From assembly GCF_001194135.2 (NCBI RefSeq), contig NC_068987.1, positions 82,440,161 through 82,489,580 of the forward strand: DNA of 49,420 bases, given 5' to 3'. Under the pieces are notes generated by a model, which worked only from the letters and a program-made list of their open reading frames with translations, was not told where the DNA came from and did no database searches. Below are positions 12,383-23,570 of the stretch, in pieces. This DNA is from Octopus bimaculoides (lineage: Eukaryota). The stretch's first letter is position 1. Each line of letters begins with the position of its first letter. The position numbers and the translations under genes are program-made.

Positions 12383-12720
12383 GCAGCGAGCTGGCAGAAA
12401 CGTTAGCACGCCGGGTGAAGTGCTTAGCGGTATTTCGTCTGTCTTTACGTTCTGAGTTCAAATTCTGCCAAGGTTCGAATCTCCGCCTGGGCGATGTGTG
12501 CGTTTATGAGTGAAACACGTAATCTCCATGCGGCTCCGGCAGAAGGTTGTGGCGAACTTCTGATACTTTTGCCACTCTTCTTTTACTCTTTCCGCCTGCA
12601 TCTAGCAGCTCACCTCTAACCAACCGGCGCCCCGTTCAGGTGGGGAACCTATACGCCAATGAAACCGGGATACCGGCCCTTATGATCCAGGCATAGCTCG
12701 AGAAGGAACAAATATGAACA
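12383..12720 (+). mobile_element. Chimeric SINE: family A 5' half joined to a different body and tail
   Basis: Family A head to gagttcaaattctgcc, then a second B-box ggttcgaatctcc and the tail atacgccaatgaaaccgggataccggcccttatga, also seen at 47500-47560(-). Confidence 0.65.
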
Positions 12721-12779
12721 ACCTAAACCATAAATGTGTTCTCCATTATTTATATTTGTTTTCTTTAAATTTTTTTTCA

Positions 12780-13770
12780 TAAATCTAAATTCTTTAGATA
12801 CAGAAGCTGAGGTCGGACAATTGAAGGTTATTAAACCAGATACATGTGTCCACGACTGTTGTCCTATCTCCAGATAATAAACCTGCCCTTTTCGTAAATG
12901 GCATGTCAGCTTTGGAAAAACTCGATTCTTGAGATTATCTCCCCTTTTCATTTTGGTTATAATACATCCGCTAGAGGGAGAGATAATCTAAATAAATCAA
13001 GAATTTATGCTGTCTGACATATCAATCTAACCTAACCCAACAATCTCCTGGTGAGCATTTTCCAGTGACCCTTTATTACCCAGGCAGTGTGCGTTGCAAT
13101 TTGTCTATATTGTACTACCGGCAAGATTCGATGTGGTTGATTTTGCATGTAACTATGTCGCTGTCAAATGTTCGATATCGTTCGTGATATGGTAGCCTTG
13201 AAACCAGAAGCAGATTTTTCTTCTTAAGAAATGTAAGTTCGTTTTGGCATTTATTTCCAAAACAACCCTGTTTTATCAACATTAAAATTTGCTGCGGGGT
13301 ATAAAAATCTTCCTCGTCAAACTCATCATTGTTCAGTAAGCCTGGAGAAACAACAGCAGCTTCTTGCAGACTCAACGCTTATACGTTTGGATTGCAATTT
13401 CGAGTGATCTTGAAACGCTCAAACGAAACAAAACTTACCACCAAATTCTCATTCTTAACACTTGAGTCAAATATTTTCTTTGGGTCATCAAACATACTTA
13501 TAGAGAAGTGTTCATTGTTCATTTGTACAGTATGATGCGAACACGGACTGTTTTTCTCTATCCATATGTTTAAAAATCTTTCCATATTTTCTATCATACT
13601 GGTTTTATTTCTAGTTAATTTTGTATACTTTGAGCATAAGCTTTAATTTTTTCAGTATTATTGCAAATTGTACGTACTCTTTTGATCGAAATCTGCCCCA
13701 ATATCAACCGTTCACTGTCCAACGTCGAATTTTCAAAACACTTTAATTTAGTTTCTGACATTTCCCTTTT
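12780..13770 (-). pseudogene. pogo/Tigger-family (Tc1-mariner, CENP-B/DDE_1-type) transposase fossil
   Basis: IENMERFLNIWIE and FERFK (CENP-B-type DNA-binding region), then across a frameshift YTPQQIFNVDKTGLFWK*MPKRTYIS*EEKSASGFKA, the Tigger N-x-DETGLFWK catalytic motif. Multiple stops; the 5' end abuts a SINE at 13778. Confidence 0.88.
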
Positions 13771-13777
13771 TCTGTCG

Positions 13778-13990
13778 AGGCGGCGAGCTGACAGAATCGT
13801 TAGCACGCCAGGCAAAATGCTTAGCGGTATTTCGTCTGTCTTCGTGTTCTGAGCTCAAATTCACTGAGGTCGGCTTTGTTTTTCATCTTTTCGGAGTCGA
13901 TAAAGTAAGTACCAGTTGAGCACTGGGGTCGGTGTAACCAACCGACACCTTTCCCGGAAATTTCTGGCCTTGTGTCGAAATTTGAAACCA
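13778..13990 (+). mobile_element. SINE family A
   Basis: ggcggcgagctgacagaatcgttagcacgcc...tgtgtcgaaatttgaaaccaata. Confidence 0.9.
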
Positions 13991-14004
13991 ATACTCTTTA
14001 TTCT

Positions 14005-14420
14005 TTACCCTTTTACTTGTTTCAGTCATTTGACTGTGGCCATGCTGGAGTACCACCTTTAGTCGAACAAATTGACCCAAGGACTTATTCTTTGTAAGCC
14101 TAGTACTTATTCTATCGAACTCTTTTGCCGAACCGCTAGGTTACGGGGGCGTAAACACACCAGCATCGGTTGTCAAGCGATGTTGAGGGGACAAACACAG
14201 GCGCACAAACATACACACACACACACACACACATATATGTTTATATATACACATACATATATACGACGAGCTTCTTTCAGTTTCTATCCACCAAATCCAC
14301 TCACAAGGCTTTGGTCGGCCCGCGGCTATAGTAGAAGACACTTGCACAATGCCAGGCAGTGGAACTGAATCTGGAACCATGTGGTTGGTAAGCAAGCTAC
14401 CTACCACACAGCCACTCCTC
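14005..14420 (-). mobile_element. SINE family B, full length
   Basis: Head ggagtggctgtgtggtaggtagcttgcttaccaaccacatggttcc through tail ccagcatggccacagtcaaatgactgaaacaagtaaaagggta. Confidence 0.9.
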
Positions 14421-14694
14421 AAATTTTTTCTTTGTTTTTGTGTCCATAGACAGCCGTAGACTGTCAATATTTAGCTATCAAAGCGACAGGGATATATCAA
14501 AGAATGAATATTTATTTGCAAAGCAAAATTATCACAACTCGATTCAAAATCAAACAGTAACAAAAACTGGCTTTTCATGAATCTTGCAAACTTCATAATT
14601 CGCCACGAGACCACTATGTTTTCATTTGTACTTTTGCCACCCCAAACTTTTATTTATTTATTCGTCCAAATTTATAACTTTCATTTAACTGTCG

Positions 14695-14910
14695 AAGACG
14701 GTCAGGTGACAGAATCCTTAATACGTCAAACAGATGCTTAGTGACATTTTCCCCGGTTCATCTTCTGAGTTCAAATGCTGCCGAAATCGACTTTGCCTTT
14801 CATCATTTCAAAATCGCTAAAATAACTACCATTTGATCTCTGGGGTTAATGTAATCGATTTAATCCACTTCTAAATTTGCTGGCACTGTGCCAAAATTTG
14901 AAACAACTAT
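14695..14910 (+). mobile_element. SINE family A, diverged
   Basis: Collinear with the 13778 copy; ends gtgccaaaatttgaaacaa. Confidence 0.8.
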
Positions 14911-15659
14911 TTAATACCGTGTCTAAATAGATGTTAGAATGAAAAACTTTTTACTGGAAAATCGAAAAGGAACCGGTTTCCGTTCAGTATTTCTGATAAT
15001 CATAAAAAAAACCCACCTCTCCTGCTATAGTAATGCATTAGTTCGAATCTGTTAAACACAAAGGCGTGCTTTAGATTTCATTGTCTATTTTATGTCTTAT
15101 GAATTGACGTACCTTAAAATAGTTACATGTCTTTGAAGATGCGGATGGATGTATAAATATAGCTTCTGAGATGATATTCCTCAAATAAAATATATTGAAA
15201 AATCAGTATCGTTGTCTATAACTTTTTATTTATTTGTATTTCCCTGAACTGAAAGCACAAATTACAAAAGAAAGGAAGGCATAAAAGGAAAAAANNNNNN
15301 NNNNNNNNNNNNNNNNNNNNNNNNNNNNNNNNNNNNNNNNNNNNNNNNNNNNNNNNNNNNNNNNNNNNNNNNNNNNNNNNNNNNNNNNNNNNNNNNNNNN
15401 NNNNNNNNNNNNNNNNNNNNNNNNNNNNNNNNNNNNNNNNNNNNNNNNNNNNNNNNNNNNNNNNNNNNNNNNNNNNNNNNNNNNNNNNNNNNNNNNNNNN
15501 NNNNNNNNNNNNNNNNNNNNNATATATATATATATATATATACGCATATACACCCGCACACATATGTACATGTATATTTGTGTGTATGTATATATTACAT
15601 ATAAATATAGACATACGTCTATACATAAAAACATATGTACAGAAATAATATATTGCATA

Positions 15660-16135
15660 GGTATTACATATAATATGTGTGTATTACAAAAAGTTAAGAC
15701 TCTATTCCCAAGAATGAAGTGGGAAAAGATATGCAGTGATATACATCTGGAAGAACTTGTACTAAACTTTGGCATTGAAAATTACAAATAGAAGAACGGA
15801 ACGCAACTGCACAGTGCCAAAGATCCCAAACTTGCCATCAGAATACAGGATCAGATACTGCAACGTTTGGGTTTCAAGGGGCCCACAGCTCTTTAATATT
15901 CTCCCAAAATACCTGAGAGACCTACATGGTGTCTTCAAAAGAGAACTGCATCTCCTTTGAAGAATTTTGGATGAACCCACCTTGCGGCAGGAAACGCATG
16001 GGGGCAGCAACATCAAACTCCCCCTCATCCACCAAATACCACATATCAGGAGGTTTCAAGTAGTGAAAGTGTTAGTAAAGCTAACGACAGTTTCCCAGCA
16101 TGGCCGCAGCTTTCGTGCTCATACTAATAAAAGAA
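15660..16135 (+). mobile_element. CR1-like LINE 3' fragment with deletions
   Basis: NFGIENY...CTVPKIPNLPSEYRIRYCN...GPQLFNILPKYLRDLHG; nearly collinear with 27205-27785, including the 3' UTR. Confidence 0.8.
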
Positions 16136-16889
16136 AAATATAAAAAAGTAATTGATAATTCATATTATACATGCATATACACACATGTATATGCATGTGT
16201 GTATATGCATGTATAGTTTGATTAAAAACGTAGATAAACTTAGAACATGTTTTGTCCACAATTCCCCCAGGCCGTATCACACTTAATAGCTCTACCTAAT
16301 ACAATCTAAGTCATTTCTAAGCGAAGTTTTGTTTTATCATGGCCCATTCAAGTATGGAGTTCTTGGTGTCGACTGAGATGTATAATGGTAAAGAAAGTTT
16401 AACGTCCTTTACCGTTACTTGAGGGTGGGCCAAGGTAGCGATCTCGTTCATTGCGCGCCCTCCTCCTGGTTCGAAGGCTTGTACCACCAAACGGCTCTGA
16501 CTGCTGTAACTGAAGCTAACACGGTGCTGTTGGAAGGTAGGTTTAGAGAGGGCTCGGGCCAAAACTACGCGTCCTTCCCCTCCATTGGTCAGTTGAAGCT
16601 TAGATAGTGTCACGTAACAGTTAGCTGGTGCGGGCTGCTGGAGCATACCGGCGAGTATTTAGGGGGAGATTTGGCCGGATGGTCACTCGCCTGCTGACAT
16701 TCGTTGACGCTGCATCGAAGAAACCAAAGAACAAAAGGCCAAAGAGAAAAAGAAGAAAGAAAAAATGCACTCAACACCAGAGCGGAAGACACCTCGGAAA
16801 GTGGGGGGCGCCACGTCGAAAACGGTAGAGGAGCAGAGTCCGAAACCAGACATGGTTCCTCCTGGTGATGTTCCTCCTATAATGGAGTT

Positions 16890-17400
16890 GTTGAGGTAGC
16901 GAACCACGAAACGTTGTTGGAATTCCTTCCTATCTATTTTTTGGAGAAAATTGTCCATATATCGGTTGTAAATGATGGAATCTTTTTCATTCATCTGTTT
17001 TGGGATATTTTGAAATAGTTGGACCTGTTGAGGAAAAGTAATTGTGTTGGAATGTGATTAGTGCTGTGAACCTGAATTATGTAAGAGTTTGGCACGGGGT
17101 TCCAATTTAAGGTGAATTGTGAACTTGCTATTAAGGTCGTTTCGGCAATGCTGTTAGTATAATCTCCACATCGTGCAAATGAGATAACGCTCAAGGAGAC
17201 ATCGAAGGGAATAGAAACTCAACACTCAAGATCTGTTAAACTATTTATTTTGCTTCGTAGAACGATATCATAGAGAGGAAGCAGTATTCGAGGTGAGGGC
17301 CACACAAAGGAGGAGAAAAGTGGAACGATGACATCTGCCAAACGATGACATCTGCTTCTCTGAACTGTAACGTTCTGAAGATCCAGGATCTCGTCCTTGG
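16890..17400 (-). mobile_element. CR1-like LINE 3' fragment, diverged subfamily
   Basis: IVPLFSSFVW/PHLEYC (compare PLY..LVRPHLEYC), ERYLICTMW, and QLFQNIPKQM...YNRYMDNFLQKI (compare QLFN.LP...FK..LD.FL). Confidence 0.7.
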
Positions 17401-17590
17401 AGCCCCAAAGACTCTGTGCATATATACATATATCCATACAAACCAACATTCGTATCCCATCCCCCACTCATATATAAAATATTAATATATTATATGTAAT
17501 ATACATAATATAAAAAAATATATATGTATGTGCATAAGTATTATATATTTTACATATATTTTTATTCATAGTATACATATGAGAAGTAAA

Positions 17591-17925
17591 GGCGCATGGC
17601 TCAGTGGTTAGAGCGTCGGTCTCACAATCATGAGGTAGTGAGTTCGATTCCCGGATCGCATTGTGTGTCTTGTTCTTGAGCAAGACACGTTATTTCACCA
17701 TGCTCCAGTTCACTATGCTGTAGAAATGAGTCGTGACGTCACTGGTGCCAAGCTGTATCGACTTCTTTGTCTTGGATACCATCGGTGGCATACCAAATGG
17801 GGAGGCTGGTATGTATGGGCAACTGTTGGTCTCCCATAAACAATCTTGCCCGGACTTGTGCCTCGGAGAGGAACTTACTAGGGAAATCCTACGGTTATCC
17901 ATGACCGAAAGGTGGTCTTTTACTC
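17591..17925 (+). mobile_element. SINE family C, full length
   Basis: A-box TGGCTCAGTGG, B-box GAGTTCGATTC, body gttcttgagcaagacac...gctccagttcac; no closing acceptor stem. Confidence 0.85.
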
Positions 17926-19354
17926 TTTACTTTCACATGACAAATAAAACTTTATCTTATACATACACACGCGTAAACACACGCACACACGCACACACAT
18001 ATATATATATATAAATATTATATACCTACAGTATGATATTTACTCTTAAATATATTGTGTATATATGTATATATACATTATATATTTATACATATATGCT
18101 ATAGATATTACGTATCTGTATATTCGTACATATTTTCTGTAAATATGTATATATTTACGCTATATATATGCATACGTAGTATATATATATATATACATGT
18201 GTATGTGTGTATATATAGCATATATATATATATACATATGTATATACATACATATGCTATGCCAAGTATGTATACATATATTATACATGTACACATATAG
18301 TTGAATGTGCGTGCGTAAATGTTGTTTAATAAAAGAGGAACACTGAATGTGGAAATGTGCGAGAATGAATTCAAACATAATAAGCGTTGATATGTATAAA
18401 AATAATTGAATAAAATTAATATCTTAAAACCGGAGAATTTAAAATCCAAGATATTAAACTACAGATAAATATAAATATATAAGATTGTTGATTTAACTGT
18501 CATCGACGTAAATACTACAGGGAAACTAAACAGCGAATTTCGTTAAATTTTCTGATACATCTTGGTAAAAATTGTTTCATTATTTGAAAAGTAGGTTTTT
18601 CTTAATGTAAAAATATGACAGTCATCAACTTGAAAGAAAATGGCAGATTTGACACAAGCAACACCAGCAATAACATCACAGGTAGATAAAAAGTACCAGA
18701 TACCTATACCAGCAAAACAACAAAATATAATTCACCAACTGCAACTATAGCAACACCTATAACGACGAAAAACTTGCAACAAATCTAAAATAAGATATTT
18801 GGACATTTTATAAGTGAAATGTGTATTAATAATTTGAAACACTTCATTGTTATGTAAATTTGAACTTGTCAATAACCATAAGTATAAGTATCACATCCAT
18901 TTTAAACTCTTATCTTATGTACATGCCATAAATTTCTACAAATAAATATGTCCCATAGCAGTAGATAATAGTTTGATTGCAGCAAAGATTTATAATTCTG
19001 TGTTATATTTGATATGGTTATTACAACAACAACGATAGATAATGGTTTTATTGTAGTTGTTGTTTAATATCATACTGATCCAGTTGAAGCAGAAGTGCAC
19101 AGAGTCGACTTGACGGAAAAGGCAATTTCTTACGCTTGTATAAATTCAGCTTTATCTTTGTTGCACTGAAGAATTTAACATAAAATTCCACTTGAATTTA
19201 CAGATTCCATATCGTTTCAACAAGCAGTTATGTACTCCTTGTTGTCAAGTTTCCGAAACGCGTGTATCCATTATAAAGTATAAAATACCATACACGTCTT
19301 TTGTATTTTATTAAAACTGCATTGGACTTTCTCATCTATAATAATAATCCTGTC

Positions 19355-19558
19355 TACTATTGGCACAAGGCCTGAAATTTGTGGGGAAGGGACTAGTCGA
19401 TTACATCGACCCCAGTGTTTCACTGGTACTTTATTTATCGACTCTGAAAGGATGAAAGCAAAGTCGACCTCGGTAGAGTTTGAACTCAGAAGGTAGCGAC
19501 AGAAAAATACCACTAAGCATTTTGCCCGGCGTGCTAACGTTTCTTCCAGCTCGCCGCC
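19355..19558 (-). mobile_element. SINE family A, aggccttgtgccaatagtag tail type
   Basis: Reverse complement of ggcggcgagctggaagaaacgttagcacgccggg... Confidence 0.9.
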
Positions 19559-19561
19559 TAT

Positions 19562-19686
<125 letters not shown>

Positions 19687-19699
19687 CAATGGTGATTAT

Positions 19700-20330
19700 T
19701 TCATTTATTTACACCAGGGCCAAGGATGAGGGGGACAATACAAAGACATAAAGTGTTAGGGGCTTACATTTAATGAAATGATAAAAATAATAATAAAAAA
19801 GTAAGCATACACGGTATACAATGAAGAGGAGGGGGAGAATATACATAGTGTACAGAGGTTGAAAAAGGTGGGGTGATAGAGATGTAGCCCTCCTGATACA
19901 AGATGACCTCTAGGGATAACCGAAGAACCCTACTATCCGAGTTTTCTCTGAACACCAAAAGCAAGTGCCCTCTACAATCCCCCTTCTCCGACTCACAGGT
20001 CTGCATTTAGAGAGGTACCATCCACTCTTGTCATTTTCGCAACTTTCACTCACCTTTCAATAAACTCACTCAAGGACAGCCCTTCCTTATTCACCCTCAC
20101 TTTCCTTTTCAAGTGAAACTTAAAGAAGTCAATGAGAGTTCTACCAAAGAGGAATGTATCTGTCCTCATACCTTTCAGCCTTGATCACGAAACAACCTCT
20201 TTCGCCACAGCCACCAGGCAAAGGGAAACTGCCTTACCTGCCCGATTGAAGGAGAGCAGAGGGGTAATCACCACTATGGACTCGACCGATAGACGGATCT
20301 ATCCCACGCATGACAGCAGCTGTTCGACAT
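19700..20330 (-). mobile_element. Tx1/L1-clade LINE, ORF2 C-terminus and 3' UTR
   Basis: AVSLCLVAVAKEVVS*SRLKGMRTDTFLFGRTLIDFFKFHLKRKVRV...FIER*VKVAKMTRVDGTSL, stop at 19993-95, then a UTR with AATAAA running into (ATT)n. Homologous to 41425-41552. Confidence 0.75.
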
Positions 20331-20769
20331 AACCCCACAAGTCAGCAATGCCCGCACAATAATAATTTATACAATATTTCAGAGCCAAGAAGGCGGTGAG
20401 CTGGCAGAAACGTTAGCGTGCCGGGCGAAATGCTTAGCGATTTTGTTACGTGTGATTAATTATNNNNNNNNNNNNNNNNNNNNNNNNNNNNNNNNNNNNN
20501 NNNNNNNNNNNNNNNNNNNNNNNNNNNNNNNNNNNNNNNNNNNNNNNNNNNNNNNNNNNNNNNNNNNNNNNNNNNNNNNNNNNNNNNNNNNNNNNNNNNN
20601 NNNNNNNNNNNNNNNNNNNNNNNNNNNNNNNNNNNNNNNNNNNNNNNNNNNNNNNNNNNNNNNNAGGAAAAAAAAACTGTGAAAAGAACTGCGAAATATT
20701 AAGTATGCCGACGGCAGAAAAACTTGTCGAACCGGCAAAAAACTTTAATTTTGCAGCTGCGGCTGGAGT

Positions 20770-21428
20770 TAAAAAAAAGAAAAACTAAGTATTGACAAAA
20801 ATGTAATAATCCAGCACCAAAACATGTTTGCAAAGGAGTGATACGATGTAAAAGCCACCCTCCCGAGTGAAATTATAGAAGGAACTGCGAAAAAAAAAAT
20901 AGTCGCATTTAAAACTCTTGTTGTAAAGGAAAAAAAACTAGACAAAATACTAAAAGAAGCTATAGAAAAATGCCTACAGCCAATCTGGCAGGACATAGAA
21001 TACCTGACCAGAGGCAAACGCTTTGCCACGGTAGTAGTGTATTTCAAAAGTGAAGAGAAAGCAAAAACACACTCAGTACAACCTTTGAAAACCACGGACA
21101 TTGTAGTGCTGCCAACATACTTAGGCAGGCACACGTCAAAAATCATGAGAGAAGAGATCCCGCCAGAAATAAACGTATCATGGCTACTCCCAGCCCTACT
21201 AATGGGAATAGAAGAAGAAATAACGATATTAGAGGCCTCAAAAATACATCATCAGAATTGGAAGGGGCAAGACCTCGAGGTCATTATCCAAGCGGCGCCT
21301 CAGACCCTGGAAATGATCGTAGAGAACATACACCTCGGTGAAGAAACCACCTTACGGGTAATGGTGGAGAGGAGAAGACCCCGGTGATTCGAATGTGGAG
21401 AGAAAAGCCACATTCGGGCAAACTGTCC
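20770..21428 (+). mobile_element. LINE ORF1 (Tx1/L1-like) with CCHC zinc knuckle
   Basis: Long mostly open frame ending RVMVERRRPR*FECGEKSHIRANCP, i.e. C-X2-C-X4-H-X4-C with the first Cys replaced by TGA (21385-87). Confidence 0.8.
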
Positions 21429-21833
21429 TACGCGACTTAGCAGTTCCAGGAAGCAAGCATTACCTCTACTATCAGAACACGAGCCAACATAATCTACGCG
21501 TGCCTCGCAGATTGTGTTATAGTCTCCTAGCACAACTCGAGAATGTGATGTACCGAGAAACTTCTCCAGGTTCCGAAAATACTCACTTTGCCCGATTTCA
21601 GTGGGTGCATAAATTGCAACCAGTCTGATAATCTTACCACGACTGAGCATCAAATCCATGACGACCAGCCTACCTTCTGGTTCAGGTTTAGTGGCTAGAG
21701 AGACTAGGAATGGATTAGTATTTGTTAAGGACTTTAAGGAAGCAATGGAATCTGGCTCTGCATCTCAGGTGACGACCCAAGAGACTGGCGTTAAACCAGC
21801 ACCTCGAAGCCCAACATATAGGTTGCATTCTCA
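21429..21833 (-). mobile_element. LINE AP-endonuclease fragment, inverted relative to its flanks
   Basis: EPEGRLVVMDL...IRLVAIYAPTE...RVVLGDYNTI contains the L1/Tx1 APE motifs (D.EGR, IYAP, GDFN). Confidence 0.88.
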
Positions 21834-22510
21834 GAGCTAGGATTCGTGCATTGGGTTGTGAAGGAATCAAGGCCGCGGGATGGGCCCGAGTGGTGGAAGG
21901 CCAACGTGACAATGATGGCAGAATTCGATCTTTAACGAACCAACGAAGTAAGTTGATAAACGAGCCCGAGGAGATGTGTGAGGTCTTTCAAGAGAACTTC
22001 ACCCAGATTTTCGGGGAGTGGAGCGGACCGGACAGTAGGAGGGACCTAACGGACTTCCTCGCCGGGCTGCCGCGCCTATCAGGACAGGACGCGGAGCGTT
22101 GTGAAGGGCCGATCACACCTGAGGAGGTAATTGAGGCTATGGCGGACTGCGGGGATGGTCTACCCTATGAACTGTATAAAACATGCCAGACTAGTTCGGG
22201 CACCTGTTTGTGAATGTCTACACGAACTGGCAGCAGACTGGGTTCATTCTCAGATCTGTGTGCCGGGGAGTGGTGACGCTTGTCAGAAAGGACCCGAACA
22301 AGGGGGATTGCATTGATCATATTCGGCCCATCACTCTGCTAAACACAGAGTTGAAGATTTTGGCCAAAATGTTATCGAAAAGATTGGTGCGTGTCGCGGA
22401 TGGCTTGATCGGGAAGGCACAGACATGTACCGTTCCCGGTAGATCCATCCAGGATAATCTCCATCTTATACGGTACACTGTAGAGGGGTTTTAATAACGA
22501 TTCTGGCAAG
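21834..22510 (+). mobile_element. Tx1/L1-clade ORF2 linker and RT N-terminus, 3' truncated
   Basis: CEGPITPEEV, GDGLPYELYK, IRPITLLNTELKILAKMLSKRL, QTCTVPGRSIQDNLHLIR; one frameshift near 22185; stops before the DxxKAFD motif. Confidence 0.92.
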
Positions 22511-23144
22511 GTTTCGATTTTGGATTTGGTTTGCAAGATGTAAGTTCGTGTGTTGAAGCATATTCTGTTGTGTCTGGGGAGAGTCATTCTCTTTTAGTGC
22601 CTTATAATTTAACACATTCACCGGTAAAATTTCCACTTATTTCTTTCTTATTTTTCTAAAATTTTCGTTGCGTCTTGCAACCTTTTCAATAGTTTTGACG
22701 CAACACTATTGTATACAAAGCAAGGTTATATACAAACTTGCTACCAGTTCAAATATGCTTCTGGCATATTCGAATCATTAAGAAAGCTTTTATACGTATC
22801 CAAATATGCTTCAAGTGTATTTGAACTAGCAAGATGTTTGTATTTACCCGCATCACTGCTTAGCGCTTCTACCCTGTTTTAAACAGGTTGACTTACTGCC
22901 TACCCTGCGCATTTATTCACAGCACGTTTCTGGCATATGTTTAGTTAAACTAATTTTAAATCGAAAACTGTGAGTAGTGTCCCGACATTAAAAACACCTT
23001 TATTTCAATACAGCCTACACAGACTTATACAGCAGACTCAAAAGCATTATTTTCACGAAAACACGACCCGGGGCGAATCGCTTTTACTGGTTGTGTTACA
23101 CACTGTCTTCGTGTGAGGGATTTACTGTTTTCTATAATGTCTTA

Positions 23145-23374
23145 TTCAGGCGTGGTTGTGTGGTAAGAAGCTTGCATCTCAGCCACAAGGTTCAGGGTTC
23201 AGACATGCTGTGTGGCACCTTGAGCAAGAGTTCTCTACGATAGCCCCCTTCCGACCAAAGCCTTGTGAATGTATTTGGTAGACAGAAACAGAAAAAAGCT
23301 TGTCAAATATATACATATATATACATATATATATATACATACACATGTGTGTGTGCGTTTGTGTAGTGTGTGTA

Positions 23375-23430
<56 letters not shown>

Positions 23431-23570
23431 GGAGTCTTTGTGTCTCTGTTTCCCACCACCGTTTCACAATCGGTGTTAGAGTGTTTACGTCCCTGTAACC
23501 TCACTGTTCGACAAAAGACACCGATAGAATAAGTACCAGGCTTTAAGGGGTCGATTCATTGGACTAAAAC
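23145..23570 (+). mobile_element. SINE family B with internal (GT)n(GA)n
   Basis: ggcgtggttgtgtggtaagaagcttg...ggcaccttgagcaag...gatagaataagtaccagg. Confidence 0.85.

Noticed and set aside
19080-19170. Possible short minus-strand exon
   Set aside because: Several equally plausible donors and frames; not distinguishable from chance.
19240-19270. ccGAAACgcgt, resembling a PLE/hammerhead 3' half
   Set aside because: No adjacent CTGANGA core.
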